From contig JALDTO010000212.1 of NCBI GenBank assembly GCA_023515725.1, forward strand, positions 62,001-126,000: 64,000 bases of DNA, given 5' to 3'. Positions 41,542 through 55,204 of the stretch are shown here, one piece after another. This stretch comes from Amoeboaphelidium protococcarum X5. Taxonomy: Eukaryota > Fungi > Aphelidiomycota. Below the pieces are notes generated by a model, which saw only the letters and a list, made by a program, of their open reading frames with translations, was not told the origin of the DNA and ran no database searches. The number at the start of each line of letters is the position of its first letter. The stretch's first letter is position 1. A program made the translations under genes and the position numbers.

Positions 41542-42231
41542 TCAGTGTTCAGTGCTCAACTAGTCTTTGGAAAAGTCGTGCAACGAGTCCATTGGTGTTT
41601 GAACTCCTAGATATCCCATTGAAACCTGAGGAGATAGACCGCATGAGGGTAGTTCAAACACAAGATGGTGATGTTGTTCATCATCAATGTTATGAGGACG
41701 TGCGCGCATCTCGTCTCGGCGATATTATTTGATCAATCTAAGCAACTAAGCGCGTGCAGTCAGCGTCTTTGAAGGCAGATCCTATTGACTACTAATGATG
41801 GTACGAATAATTACGGAATTTCTAGAGGCAAATTTAGAAGATGCCGCAGTTGGAATGTGGACAAGACTCATTCTTGATGACATTGTGGATGACTTCTATT
41901 ACTATTGATGCGATTAAACCTGATGCGCAATGGCAATCTTGCTGGCAGCGCGCATTGCACGAGGAGTCTTACTTGAGTTGGATGAGTTGACAGAGGAACT
42001 AATTGAACGAGATTGACGTGGAGAGTTGCCTATAGATTATTGCAGATATTGCTAATAAGAGTCAGTGTGTAGGAAAGCATCAGCAGGCCTTTGGAATTCC
42101 ATGTAGGACATTTCTTCGGGCAAAATACGCGCCGCAGCATCAGACAAGGCCCTTATTCTGAACTGAACACCAACGTTGCGTCTTGCGTAAGGCGACGAGT
42201 TCAAACTGTGACAACCGATGTTGTTTTGCAT
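41542..42231 (-). CDS. Hypothetical low-complexity Ser/Gln-rich protein, 229 aa
   Basis: ATG-to-TGA open frame under TAR=Gln fills the intergenic gap; no recognisable domain. Confidence 0.5.
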
Positions 42232-42769
42232 ACTTTCAGGTAATCAATCGTTGATACTAATGTTAGTCAAAGTTGTTAGAATATCGTCAATATTGATAAT
42301 GATGATTTCTTCTGTTTATAAAAAAGATTAATCATTCACAAGGCGTAATCTCATGACAGACGAAAAATGGACCAAGTTGGTCATCGGTTGTATGCGAATC
42401 GAATTCCTGGAATTCTAATTAAAGCTTTGTGTTAATTGAGGCCTAATCACAACGCGGCCGGTTTACTAGTAACTTGTAATCTAGACCATCCAGAACAATA
42501 CTCTGGTACCAGTAGACGTCAAGTTTACTTTTTTCTTTTACTGAGACGAATAATAGTTAAAAGCGATATATTACGCTGCAAGTTTCAGCATATGTTAATA
42601 AAATGGTTTAGCCACCATTTTGTGGTCAATTGGAGCTCACCTTTTGACTGATTGTTTCAACAAGTTTTCTTGTCGTTCGTTGCTCAGAGAATCAATTGTT
42701 AAATATTGGATATTTAATACCGTTTATATACATACACACAACTAAATAAATTTTGTCGACTATCTTAAT

Positions 42770-44284
<1,515 letters not shown>

Positions 44285-44395
44285 TTGTTATTAACTCTTT
44301 CATGGTATTTTCATCTTAAACGATTTTCAAGTTGGCATTGATTAATACTGGTAGAGAGAGAGAAACTGTCTTGACATACTAAAACAACGATCATA

Positions 44396-44534
44396 TCATA
44401 TCCATCGTTTCTTGTTTGGAGTAGATTTGCCGATTATTGACGTGACAGGACGACTTCGCAGATAAGGAGACGTGACGTTCATATTCTTCACTTACTTCAG
44501 CATTGATGACGAACGAGAGGGTAATCTAGGACCA

Positions 44535-44592
<58 letters not shown>

Positions 44593-45642
44593 TCTTACTG
44601 CTCAGTGAAGATGTGGATACCAATTGTTAATGAGAGAACGGGCGAGCAGATCTTGAACGAGGCTAGTACATTGAGAACAGCTATTAATTGATGCCAGATT
44701 GCTTCTATAATGTCTGCATAGGAGTTGTGGGATCCGGAAATTTCATCTAGCTAGAGCGGCCTCTAGTATAGTTTGGAGTCCTGATCTCCCTGTCACTTAA
44801 ATTTGATCTCATACGACCGTCGGACCATTGACGTTTCTTATTGTTCTCAGCTGAGTACTGATGAGTAAAAGGATTCTTACTATTGCTGTTACTGCTTGAT
44901 TACTATGGCACATCCAGATGATGAGCCGGTGACTATGCATGGGAACGCATGAATGGAGCTCCTCTCTGACCAGCGTATCCGTCCCCTTGTATTTGCAAAC
45001 GCAGTTCTTGATACTGCTCTTCGATCGCTTGCAGTCTCTTCACTTCTAACACCAGCTGATCAATCTGCAATTTTTGTGAAACGAGTTTCTGTTTCAGCGT
45101 GTCCATCAGATTGTTCGACTTGCTCGTCTGAAACTTGAAAGTCTCCGTAATTTACTCAAGTATTACGATTGGATCTCCCATAAAGCTTTATATACTCTCT
45201 GGAAGCTACATTAAAGTGCATGTACATAAGATAAATTGGATCTTACATTTTGATATTAAACTTACGCGTTGATTGGTGAGGTGAAACGCGACAAACTCAT
45301 TGCATATTGGACACACCACGGCCATATCTCGAGCTACAAAGCGTGTATTGATATCTAATAAAATTTTCATTTAATAACATACTTACGTCTTTGACTTTGA
45401 ATGCATGAAGTACACACTATGTGACTACACAATAGTACTGCCAAGGATCTATCATCTGAAGACTGAGAAATCTGAACACCCATCTCCACTTCGGCGCGTG
45501 ATCTTCTTTGTTAAGTGCCATAATCCCATAGGCAGCTACAATATATGTGGTTCTTACATTATATTTGTTATTTATCAATAATTTACCTTTCACAGTAGAC
45601 CCATTATTGATGTACAAAACTATGTTCCTGTTACTAATCCAT
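44396..45642 (-). CDS. Zip3/RNF212-type meiotic RING E3 ligase; introns 45536-45586, 45334-45386, 45206-45265
   Basis: Spliced product WVYCESC...LLCSHIVCTSC...CPIC....LPESIQSFMGDP..LEQITETFKFQ, then a coiled coil and a disordered S/N-rich tail. Confidence 0.72.
44538..44591. repeat. (TTA)18 microsatellite, read as poly-Asn in the minus-strand RING gene
   Basis: Directly visible perfect trinucleotide repeat. Confidence 0.95.
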
Positions 45643-45760
45643 TGCAATGCAGTATGTAAGAAAGAGATATCTAATAGTGAGACCAAACTTGAAACGAAAA
45701 GAAGAATAAAACTCCAACACCAACGTTTCATTCAATATTCTTTTGGAATTACACAGAAGT

Positions 45761-46222
45761 TCATTCAACTATATGCTGCTGGAGTGGCTTATAAAACAAA
45801 TGTGGTTTGGTGATTGTCTTCTTGAATCCAAGTCGTAATAGATCGTCCTCGGTTGGCATTCCAGGGTCAAATTCATCCCTTTCGACTATATTCAACGTGT
45901 CTGTACGTGGAGACGATGTTTCTACGCGGTCAGCTTAGCCATTATCTAGTCCGAATTAACCAATTTCACCATTAATTGAATCGCCTGATAATTCTTGAAT
46001 ATTACACGTTAATTCAGGACTTGGACTTGAAGTTCTTTATCGTTTACTGCCAGTGTCGCCCTCATTCCGCGACGCAGAACTCTCAGCCTATGATTAATGC
46101 TACCTCATCAGCTCAACTAACTCTTTCTTCTTAAGGCCGTCAGTGTTAATTTACTTCTGCTCCAATAAATTCCGTAATTCTGCAACTGTAAAGGACTCAA
46201 TATTATCACTAGATCTCTTCAT
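45761..46222 (-). CDS. Small SAP-domain protein, 153 aa
   Basis: N-terminal IESFTVAELRNLLEQKQINTDGLKKKELVELM matches the SAP consensus. Confidence 0.65.
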
Positions 46223-46653
46223 TGCAAAAGTCTTTAGCACTTTGAAAGCAACAAGCTTGATGCTGAAAGTGGAAAATTCGTTAGGCAGTTGCGCGTTTTA
46301 TATCTGAGTGCATAATAACTAACAGTGAAGTAATCAGGACGCAACTAAGGCGCAATATTGAATGGTGGGACAGAATATTACTATCTGGTCTTTACTCACT
46401 CGAATGGATGGTGGGAGACTTATGATCATGTTCCATTTTGCAGCCTGGGTCCACCATGCAAAGATTATTCGTCAGCTGTTTCATCCAAGCGCGGCTCACG
46501 GGGCGACGATCATCTTCTCTGTTTGAAACTCTCTCTTCTTTTAGTGAAATTGGAGTATCGAGTATACTCATTTGTTTTAGTAATATCTCTTTTAAGCTGG
46601 GTTTATCTTAACTAAAGCATATTCCCAATTTTTATATCAAGAACGGAATAGAA

Positions 46654-47634
46654 ATGAGTTTATAAAACTATGTGATTGAGAAGCGGGTTGGTAAAGGCCA
46701 GTTCAGTGAAGTGTATAGAGCCAGGGACGTTAGGACTGAAGTCATTGTTGCTCTCAAGAAAATCCCTGTAAGATATCTGTCTCTGAAATGGTGTAAAGTC
46801 TAGATTGAGTTAATTACCATTATGAAACCTTGTAGATATTTGAGATGACGGATGAAAAAGCTAGAAATGATTGTATCAAAGAGACTGACCTGCTCAAGTC
46901 ACTGGATCATCCTAATATTATAAAGTATATGGAGTCATTTGTGGATAGAAAGGATTTGATTATAGTGTTAGAGCTGGCAGATGCTGGAGATCTGTTAAAG
47001 ATGATAAAGTTCTTCAAAGCTCAGAATAAGACGATGCCTGAAAAGACTGTTTGGAAGTATTTCGTCCAAGTTTGTAGTGCCATTCAACATATGCATAGCA
47101 GGCGTATTATGCACAGAGGTTAGAATTTTATTTCAGTTGATATATATTTTGATTTAACCACAATGACGACGTTCATGTGTAGATATCAAACCGGCTAATG
47201 TTTTTATAACCGCTCAAGGTGTGGTAAAGATGGGCGATTTAGGACTGGGACGGTTCTTTGGAGCCACCACCCAAGCTGCTTATTCTCTTGTTGGCACACC
47301 ATATTATTTGAGTCCGGAGCGTATTCATGAAGCCGGATACAATTTCAAGAGCGATATCTGGAGTTTGGGTTGTCTGTTGTATGAACTCGCTGCTCTGCAT
47401 AGTCCATTCTACGGAGAGTAGATGAACCTGTACCTATTATGTTAGAAAATTGAAAAGGTTGAGTTTCCTCCATTGAGCAACACATATTCTCCAGAGCTCA
47501 GAGATTTGGTATCTAAATGCTTAATAGCTAATCCAGATGATCGCCCTGACATTGATTATGTTTATAATGTGGCATAGACGATGTTTTAGAAGCTGAGACG
47601 TGATTTCTCTGTCGCACCCTCGACTGCAAATTGA
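46654..47634 (+). CDS. NEK6/NEK7-like NIMA-related kinase; introns 46768-46835 and 47119-47182
   Basis: [93 protein letters not shown]. Confidence 0.9.
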
Positions 47635-47783
47635 ATACGATTGTTTAAAGAGATTTAGAGTTTTACGATATTTAAATTCATCGTGTTGTTGACTTTGGCA
47701 TGTAATTCTATTAATTGTATTGTATGAAGTATAACGGAAATGCTAGATAGATCATGTAATTACTTTTCATTTTGTTTAACCAT

Positions 47784-49664
47784 TCATTCATGCATCATCA
47801 AATCTTTCATATTGTCGCGCCGATTTCGATGTTTATCGTGATCAGTGTGAGTATAGAAATCTTTGGAAAAAGAATTCAGCTTCAAGTTGGCTGGCGGCCG
47901 ACTGTGTGGAGAGTATGGCCTTTCATTATCAGCTTCTTCAAAAGTGCGCGTAAATGATTTTAGCGTTGGACTCTAAACTCTCCCACCAGCACCCATCTTG
48001 TTCACAAAATGATTCTCATAATGCTCTGTAGAGTATGATCGATCGTGCTGTATATCTCGCTAATGATTTTCACGCTGGGATGCTACCTGAGAATCTAGAT
48101 TATGTCTCAATTCTAGCTACTCTGGACTTATGGCATGTGCTTAGCGAGGTTTGGTTGCTTTACGCAACTCGTCCCTATTCCATTTCCAGTAATCAGTTTC
48201 CAGGTGCTAGTTGGTCTTCTACCTTTCTTCTGCTTCTCGCTTGGATTGCTATAGCTTTTACTCGCGATCAAACTAGCTCAACTCTCGCTGGTATTGCTCT
48301 CGCTACTGACGTCGTATTTCAAGCACATCTTCCGGGTCATTGCCTTTATGAGTCCAGGCGTGCTTACCAGACTTTGGTACCAAATGATCTTTACCGTACG
48401 GGAAATGATCAAGATGCAACTTGACAAGACCCTGTTCCAACTCAGACTCACGCTTCCTGGTAATCTCCTAATCTTTCTTGACTTCCTCCAGATCACTGCG
48501 TATCTGAGCGATTTGGTCCATTTTGTAACGTTATTCAGTAGCATCTAGAGATTGACGATGAAATTTGCGCTTATTAGCATTCTAATCTCCAATCTTCAAC
48601 TCTGCGTCTGCCATTCGACCATACAATGAATCAACGCGTCCACCATCATAGAATTTTCCACTGACATTGGTAGGATCATGCGATGATTAGCGTCTTGCTC
48701 TGACTTTGGAAGTAGTTAACGATGTATCGACCTCACCAGTCTTTTTTCGCTGCTGCTCTTGTTAAAATTGAGATTTCAAATCAACAAGATACTCTGCAGC
48801 CTTCTTCTTGGATGGATTCTGCGATTCTAATGTCAATCTTCTCTAGCGCTTTCTCTCTTGCTCCTCCTTATGCATCTGAGAAGATTAGACAATCTTATCG
48901 TAGATTCCATCCTAGGCCTCGGTTCATTCTTACTTCTCCTCATTGCGCCTTCTAATTTGCTACTCCTTCTGCTACTACCACTGATCAAGAGTTTGATCAC
49001 CAACCGGATCTACCTTGCGCTCAAAGGTACGCGCCAAACGAGTGTTCGCATTGTCAGTTGGATTCATACTTTTCTATTGATACTTATCAGGGCGTGATAC
49101 CGAGCCCACCAGCTTAGAATGACCGACAACAGGATCATTACCAATTGGCAGTGATGTGGCTGGATCAGTGCTTGATTGAGACTGTTCCAACGCCTGACGT
49201 CTCTGCTCGTGCATCTGATTCTTTAGCGACTTTAAGTAGTCTTCCTTCTGACGCTGCTCATTGGCAACTCTATGCTCAGGCTCATTTGGATTAACTTTGC
49301 GACTCAGTCCCGATTTGATACTGCGCGTCTTGCCATCAGTAGACACTCCATTGAAGACAGTTGGATGTTCAAATTCTGATTTCGCGGCGCTCTTCTTTCT
49401 ATTAGAGCTACTTGTTTCAACATTGTTGGGCTGTTGCTGTTAAGTGGCTCCATCAAGGGTCATTCCGCCGTGAGAGAAATGATCATATGGCACTGTCTTG
49501 CCATTCTACTTCACGGCTGCAACTTCAGTCTGCGGTTTAACGTAAAGACTATCCAAGCCAGTGCTCTTGACGCGTGTAGACTACGCAGGCTTCTAATTAT
49601 CTTTCTCTTACTTCTTGAGGACTAGCGGATCCAGAGGACTCATATCATGATGCAGGAAGGACAT
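47784..49664 (-). CDS. Coiled-coil protein with repeated Y-x3-L-x2-Q motifs (CSPP1/CCDC66-like), interrupted by one in-frame TGA at 48924-48926
   Basis: Single frame from ATG 49664 to TGA 47784 apart from one TGA. Repeats EDYLKSLKNQMHEQRR, AEYLVDLKSQFQQEQQRK, EQYQRELSQFDREQK. Family assignment is tentative. Confidence 0.55.
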
Positions 49665-49810
49665 TTTAAATTGATGATGGTGATTCGTAAGTTTAGATAT
49701 TTCACTTTTATTTCAAACAACTAAAATATAGCACTGTATAAAGAATCGAAAAATAAAATCATTCGTTTATGTGATAGTGAATATTTTATGGCTTTGAAAT
49801 TGTGATCCAA

Positions 49811-50188
49811 TCAGAGGCCCGGTGTAAAAATAATAACGGTAACTGAAATGCAGTATAAGTCAAAGTTGAACGCTAAACCCGTGTAGTATATACAATGTTT
49901 AAAACAAATAATTTATAGTAGTTCTAGCGCTGCATAAAGGTCCGCTATAACTTTTAATTAGTTCATTTATTGGCATATTACAGTATGGTTCATATCGCGA
50001 AGATAGTGTTTACCTTCCAAATCATTTTCCATCATTGCTTACAATAAGGCGAATATTGAATCAGCATTGCTGCAATATAGTAGACTATCAGCTGTAATAA
50101 ACGATTCAATATTATTACCTCCAAGAATCAAATTATTGAATTCAAATGGTTGAGATTATTTCAACTTACTTTCATGCAGATGTTCCAT
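49811..50188 (-). CDS. Hypothetical protein, ~125 aa
   Basis: Open frame under TAR=Gln only; no domain recognised. Confidence 0.25.
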
Positions 50189-50490
50189 AATTTTACCTGA
50201 AGAACGCCTCACAAAACTGATTTTGATTCAAGTCCACAAACTTTGAGCGATTAGAAATACCCTCCTGTTACTAATAGTCATAACCAATATTGAAACATCA
50301 AATCAATTATCACCAGAAGAAGATATTGAAACCGCAACACGCGAACGCCTCTGAAAACTCCACAATAATCGCTGGCCAGACGCGGCCTTTTTCTCTGGGT
50401 ATTCGGACTCGTTACCACATTGGATTTCTCATTCATATGGGCATTTCCTAATAATAATATTGAATTCCCATTTCGACACATCACAAAGGT

Positions 50491-52270
50491 ATGAAAGATT
50501 AAGAATTCATAACTGTCTATTTTGATCTTGTGCAATTTAAAGAGGAGTGTGAATAAATCATCCGTAGAAAGAGCGAAGTAGTCTAATAAGATGCTAGTTT
50601 GACTGATTTGTGCAAGGTTGTTGCGGAAACACGCAATCTGCCAGAATATGTTATTAGCGATATGAAGATATATTTTGACTAGAGTTAATTTGAAAATGGT
50701 GTTGAGTGTCCGAGTAGTTTTACAGTGTAAGATCTGTAATCCGCTGGGTATGGCTCGTTAGAGAATCGAATTGTCATCACAGTGCCTGATCGTAATCTTT
50801 TGTTTGGAAATGCTACATTTTCCAGTTTGAAAGGGCCTATCTCTGAATTTGAAGATTATTAACGCGTCGCGCAGTTGATGTTGGATTGTGACATTGTCTA
50901 AAATGTGGAGTAGAAAGTCTAGGATCTGTACAGTGGAGGGATTGAGCTTCCATTCATCTTCATTGAAGGCTCTTCTGGATGTGGTAAATCGTAGTTGGCC
51001 ATGTCTCTATACTACAAAAGCTTGCTGCCAAATTCTGCGCGTAAAGTTTACTATCTCAACTGTGTAACTTATAAGCTGAGTACTTAGAATATTTATCGTT
51101 ATTTCGAATCACCATCGGCGTTGTTCATGAAATGCATTGACTCCGATTTTAATGCTAAAGTATCTCCAAGTGAATCAAGAAATCAGTTGCTTGGGAATAA
51201 GCTATATGTGTTTGACTTTATTCGCTAGCTGCTCTTTGATGATATTTATGGAAAGTAAGCTGAAGTTTAAGTGAAGAAGTTTTAAGGCACAGAACTCGCA
51301 TCCTTGGTAAGTAGTAAATTTGATGCATCCAATAGGCCTGTAGTTATTCTGGATGAATTTTTACCTCGCACTGTGAATGAGGATTCAAGTAATGAAAAAT
51401 TGCTGAAATTTATTCGCAATTGCTTCTTGACTGTTGGTATCATAGTGGGTGGACTTGGGTTTAGAGCTATCTATCAGGATGCGGGAGTGTGTCCATTACG
51501 AGTACGCATGAAAGAGCTGCTACAAGGTGCGCAAGCCAAAACCAGTTTGAGTTTATATGATATGAAAAATGCTCATCAAGTTTCTAATGATGGGCAATGG
51601 CTTGAGGCTTTAATGACATCTGCTATTTGTTTAGCATCTCGCCAAGGTGGAGTTAAAGGCATTCTTTAAGCATTTGATGTATGAGTTGTAGCCGGAAGGT
51701 ATTGCTTTTGACGAGCTGAAATTACAAAATTGGGATCTTATCGACGAATTTGCTCATATTGTTGTGCCGTTTTACTCTGCTCCTGGTGCTAAATGGCCTG
51801 ACTTTATTTTGAATTGCAAGGAGTTTAATTGCAGAAATTGGGACCGCACCGTAAATACAGAAATGGTGGATGCGATTGGCACTTTAAAAGAAATTGATCG
51901 AGCTGACAGCGTATAAAAGACGACTCTACTTTAAGCTGAGGCCAAGTGTTGGTCTACTCCTATTAATTTGGAGTAGATTAAAAAAGTAATAAAAAGAATT
52001 CGCTATGACTCTGAAATCTCTCTGGTTGTAGGGACTACATTTCAAGGTACGTATTTTAATCGTAAGACGATATAAAACTTTGTCGAAGAGGAGAAGTTGG
52101 ATTTGTTTCAGTGTAAGTTTCTAAAGCTGTTGCAGTAGAAGGACACTCTGTCTTTTAGATCTGTTGATGGTTTGAGTGACTGGACTTTAGCTGGAGAGAA
52201 GCGTGGTTCTGATGGAGCGAAAATTTACAAGCAATTGGTAGTATTGATTGAAATTGGTCCGTTTTCGTGA
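50491..52270 (+). pseudogene. Crinkler (CRN)-like effector with Ubl-like header, P-loop NTPase and REase-like C-terminus; frameshifted near 51665-51680
   Basis: LPFIFIEGSSGCGKSQLA (Walker A), VVILDEF (Walker B), LKFIRNCF, LEALMTSAICLASR.GG, PFYSAPGAKWP, RTVN.EMVD...AEAKCW. The first frame hits TGA at 51682; the C-terminus continues in another frame. Confidence 0.72.
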
Positions 52271-52627
52271 ATCTCAATATTTGGATCATAGTTGCAATGT
52301 TGCATTGTTATCAGTTTTTAAGGTTGTGACACTGAAGAAATAGTTATTTATCTGTATATTCTCTCAAGCTTATCACGAAATAGAAATACCGTCAGACTAC
52401 CGGTCATTGAGACGAAAGATCTCCAAATCACGTTCTACTATCCGCATGATAGTGACGTGACACTAATCATAAAAGTTCTTTCAGTTACCCAGTATTCAGC
52501 GTCGCACAACATACAGTAGTACACTTTTTTTTTGAAATTCGACTCATCAATCGACACACACGCTCCTTTACTCTCCATTTCCCCTTTGTTGCTTTAAATC
52601 TAAAGCTGCAAATTTTGAAAATATATA

Positions 52628-54667
52628 ATGTCTAATCTCCGCCAAAGTTTATCACAACTAACTAAATTAGTCAATTATGCCCCATTTTCACTATATAAAT
52701 ATACTTACGGAACTGTTCAGTATTATCGTACGAATCCTCTGTAATTTAATGTGGAGATTCTAAGTGGCTTCTCTGTCGGTATCATGCAGGTTCCAGAGTC
52801 GATTGCATTTGCTTTCATAGCCTAGATCTCGCCCATTCGCGGACTATATTCTACATTCTTTATGGTACTTTTCGCTGCTGCACTCGGTGGTAGGCCTGGC
52901 ATGATCTCAGGTATTGCTGGCGCTATGGTTGTTGTCGTTCAAGAAATGGTTTACGAGATGAAGGCGCTTGGGATATGCGAGTTTGAGCGTTTGAATCTTA
53001 TTTATATTACCATTATATTTTGTGGATTGTTTTAAATGACTGCCGGACTATTGCAGATTCACAGATTATTCATGCTTCTACCATAGACTATCGCAATAGG
53101 GTTTGTTAATGGACTAGCTATTATCGTCTTTCGGAGCTAGCTTGGCGCGTTCCAGGTGGACGATTAGTCGGCGCAAGACTTTAATCCAGAGCCTACAGGA
53201 TGTCCTGCGCCCAATGAAACTGCTGGCATTCCACAGAGATGGTTAACGCTTGGTGAATTATAGACGTGGTTGGTATTGATTTTTGTTGCGGTGGTTATGG
53301 GTATAATGTTCTTGCAGCCTAAAATTAAAAAGACTATACGTGTTGGCCGATTTGTTATTAGTTCCAAGCTGATACCTGCCTCGCTGACTGCCATGTTGGT
53401 GGCTACATTTGTAGAACATGTCATATATCGCACTGCATTCAAAGTATCAACCAAAGTGGTTGGCGATGTCGCAAAGTTGTCGGGAGATCTGCCCACCTTT
53501 TACTTCCCTTAGATTGATGGTTTAAGATCATAATCGTGGCCTCTTATTCTCAAATATGCCGCTATATTAGCTGCTGTAGCCATAACTGAGAATCTTCTTA
53601 CTCTTTAGCTCATAACAGTGTATTTAAAACGGAAATTAAAGCCAAAGAATGGGTTGCAAGAGCTTATGGCTCAGGGTGTTGGCTGTATATTCTCTGGACT
53701 CTTTTAGTCTATTGGCGGTAATACTATGATTGGATAGTCGACAGTTAATATTCTAAATGGATCTCAAAATAGACTTGCTGGCGTATTTGCTGCCTTCTTC
53801 ATTCTACTAATGATTGCATTCGCTGGTCCTGCCATTGAATTGCTACCTATCGCCAGTCTGACTGGAATTCTGTTTGTCGTGGTTATTCATACATTCGAGT
53901 GGAAGTTTTTCAAGTATTTGTGGAAGAGGTAGGCTAATATCACCGATTATATTACCATAATTTTGGTGACTGTGATGGCAGTATTGACCAATTTGGCGTA
54001 TGCTTTAGCGGCCGGGCTGGTCTGGTCCGTTTTGGTATTCACCATCCAGGCATCATCTTCTCTCTAAATTACCTTTAGTGATGATTTGCACCAGGCTCCC
54101 TAGTGGACGGCTGACCTCTTGATAGATTAAAAGACAGACGATTCCACTTAACGGCGGCGAAAGATTCTATTCTGTAAACCGAGTGGATTGTTATTTTTTG
54201 GCTCTGTGAGGACTTTTGTACAGGAAGTCTCTTTGCAAGTGCGGTAGAACTTTGAGCGCAAGACAGAGAGTTAGTAGGAAGAAATCATTGATGATAATGT
54301 TGAGCTAGTTGATGGAGTTGTCCTAATTGACTGTATAGAGTTAGAAATATTTGACTTTTCTGCCATGGATGGTCTGAAGCAGATATCTAAGCAATGTTAG
54401 AATCTTGGCATTAAACTATATCTGATCAATGTAATGGAGCACAATTAGGCGCTGATGAGGAAGCATACTAATCTCAAAGCGACTCTTCTCTCTAATGATT
54501 CGGTTGAGTTGGAAGTCCAAGATGAAGACTACCAAGATATTGAACATATCAACACAGTTGGCGCGCTTGAAGGCCAAGATGTTCACCCTATCGTGGATCG
54601 CGTCGACCTATAGCCATCTTCCGACCTCCCTATGTATGAGCAGAATAGTAGCCAAGAGTCTGTGTGA
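52628..54667 (+). CDS. SulP/SLC26 anion transporter with STAS domain, ~679 aa
   Basis: EILSG..V..MQVPESIAFAFIA, GGRPGMISGIAGAM, GFVNGLAII.F, QELMAQG, MIGQSTVN, GLLFFGS, FDFSAMDGL. Confidence 0.9.
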
Positions 54668-55204
54668 AGATTTTGGTATATGCACTGTTGTTGATGGAAT
54701 ATATTAGATTTCTCTAAACGGTGTGACTGGTATGGGTTTGTATTTTCAGCCTACCTAGTTAGTGTAATGACTGCCATAAACAAAAAAAACTGCTTTGAAT
54801 TTTAACGCTTAGGCTCAATACGCTTAAAGTTTTGATAGCATTATCACCTGTACCCGATATGTTTGTTGTACTGCAGTACTGAACTACAAATGCGAATGAC
54901 AACTGAGTGATGCAATTATCATCTCACCTACCACTGGCGTAATGAAACTATATACATTGAATAAGGAATGATTATCTACATCATACTTTTTTATTTGTTT
55001 GGCGCCATCTGTAATGATTCTGTCTTATTAAGAATCTGTCGCATACTGTAATCAGTTCGGTGAAGACTGAGTGAGAGATTGACGCGTTTTAGTTCCGTTT
55101 TTAGCTCTGAATGCAATGATGAAAGTCGACAAAACATTATTGAAATTAGATGAAGATTCTAATACAGATTAAAGCACTTAATTCTACTCCTGAATTAACT
55201 AGAA

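Noticed and set aside
45417-45813. Hydrophobic ORFs suggesting a membrane protein
   Set aside because: Explained as alternative-frame and intron read-through of the spliced RNF212-like gene.
49800-52450. Helitron or TIR boundaries around the Crinkler pseudogene
   Set aside because: I found no convincing terminal repeats, hairpin-CTRR end or target duplication by eye.
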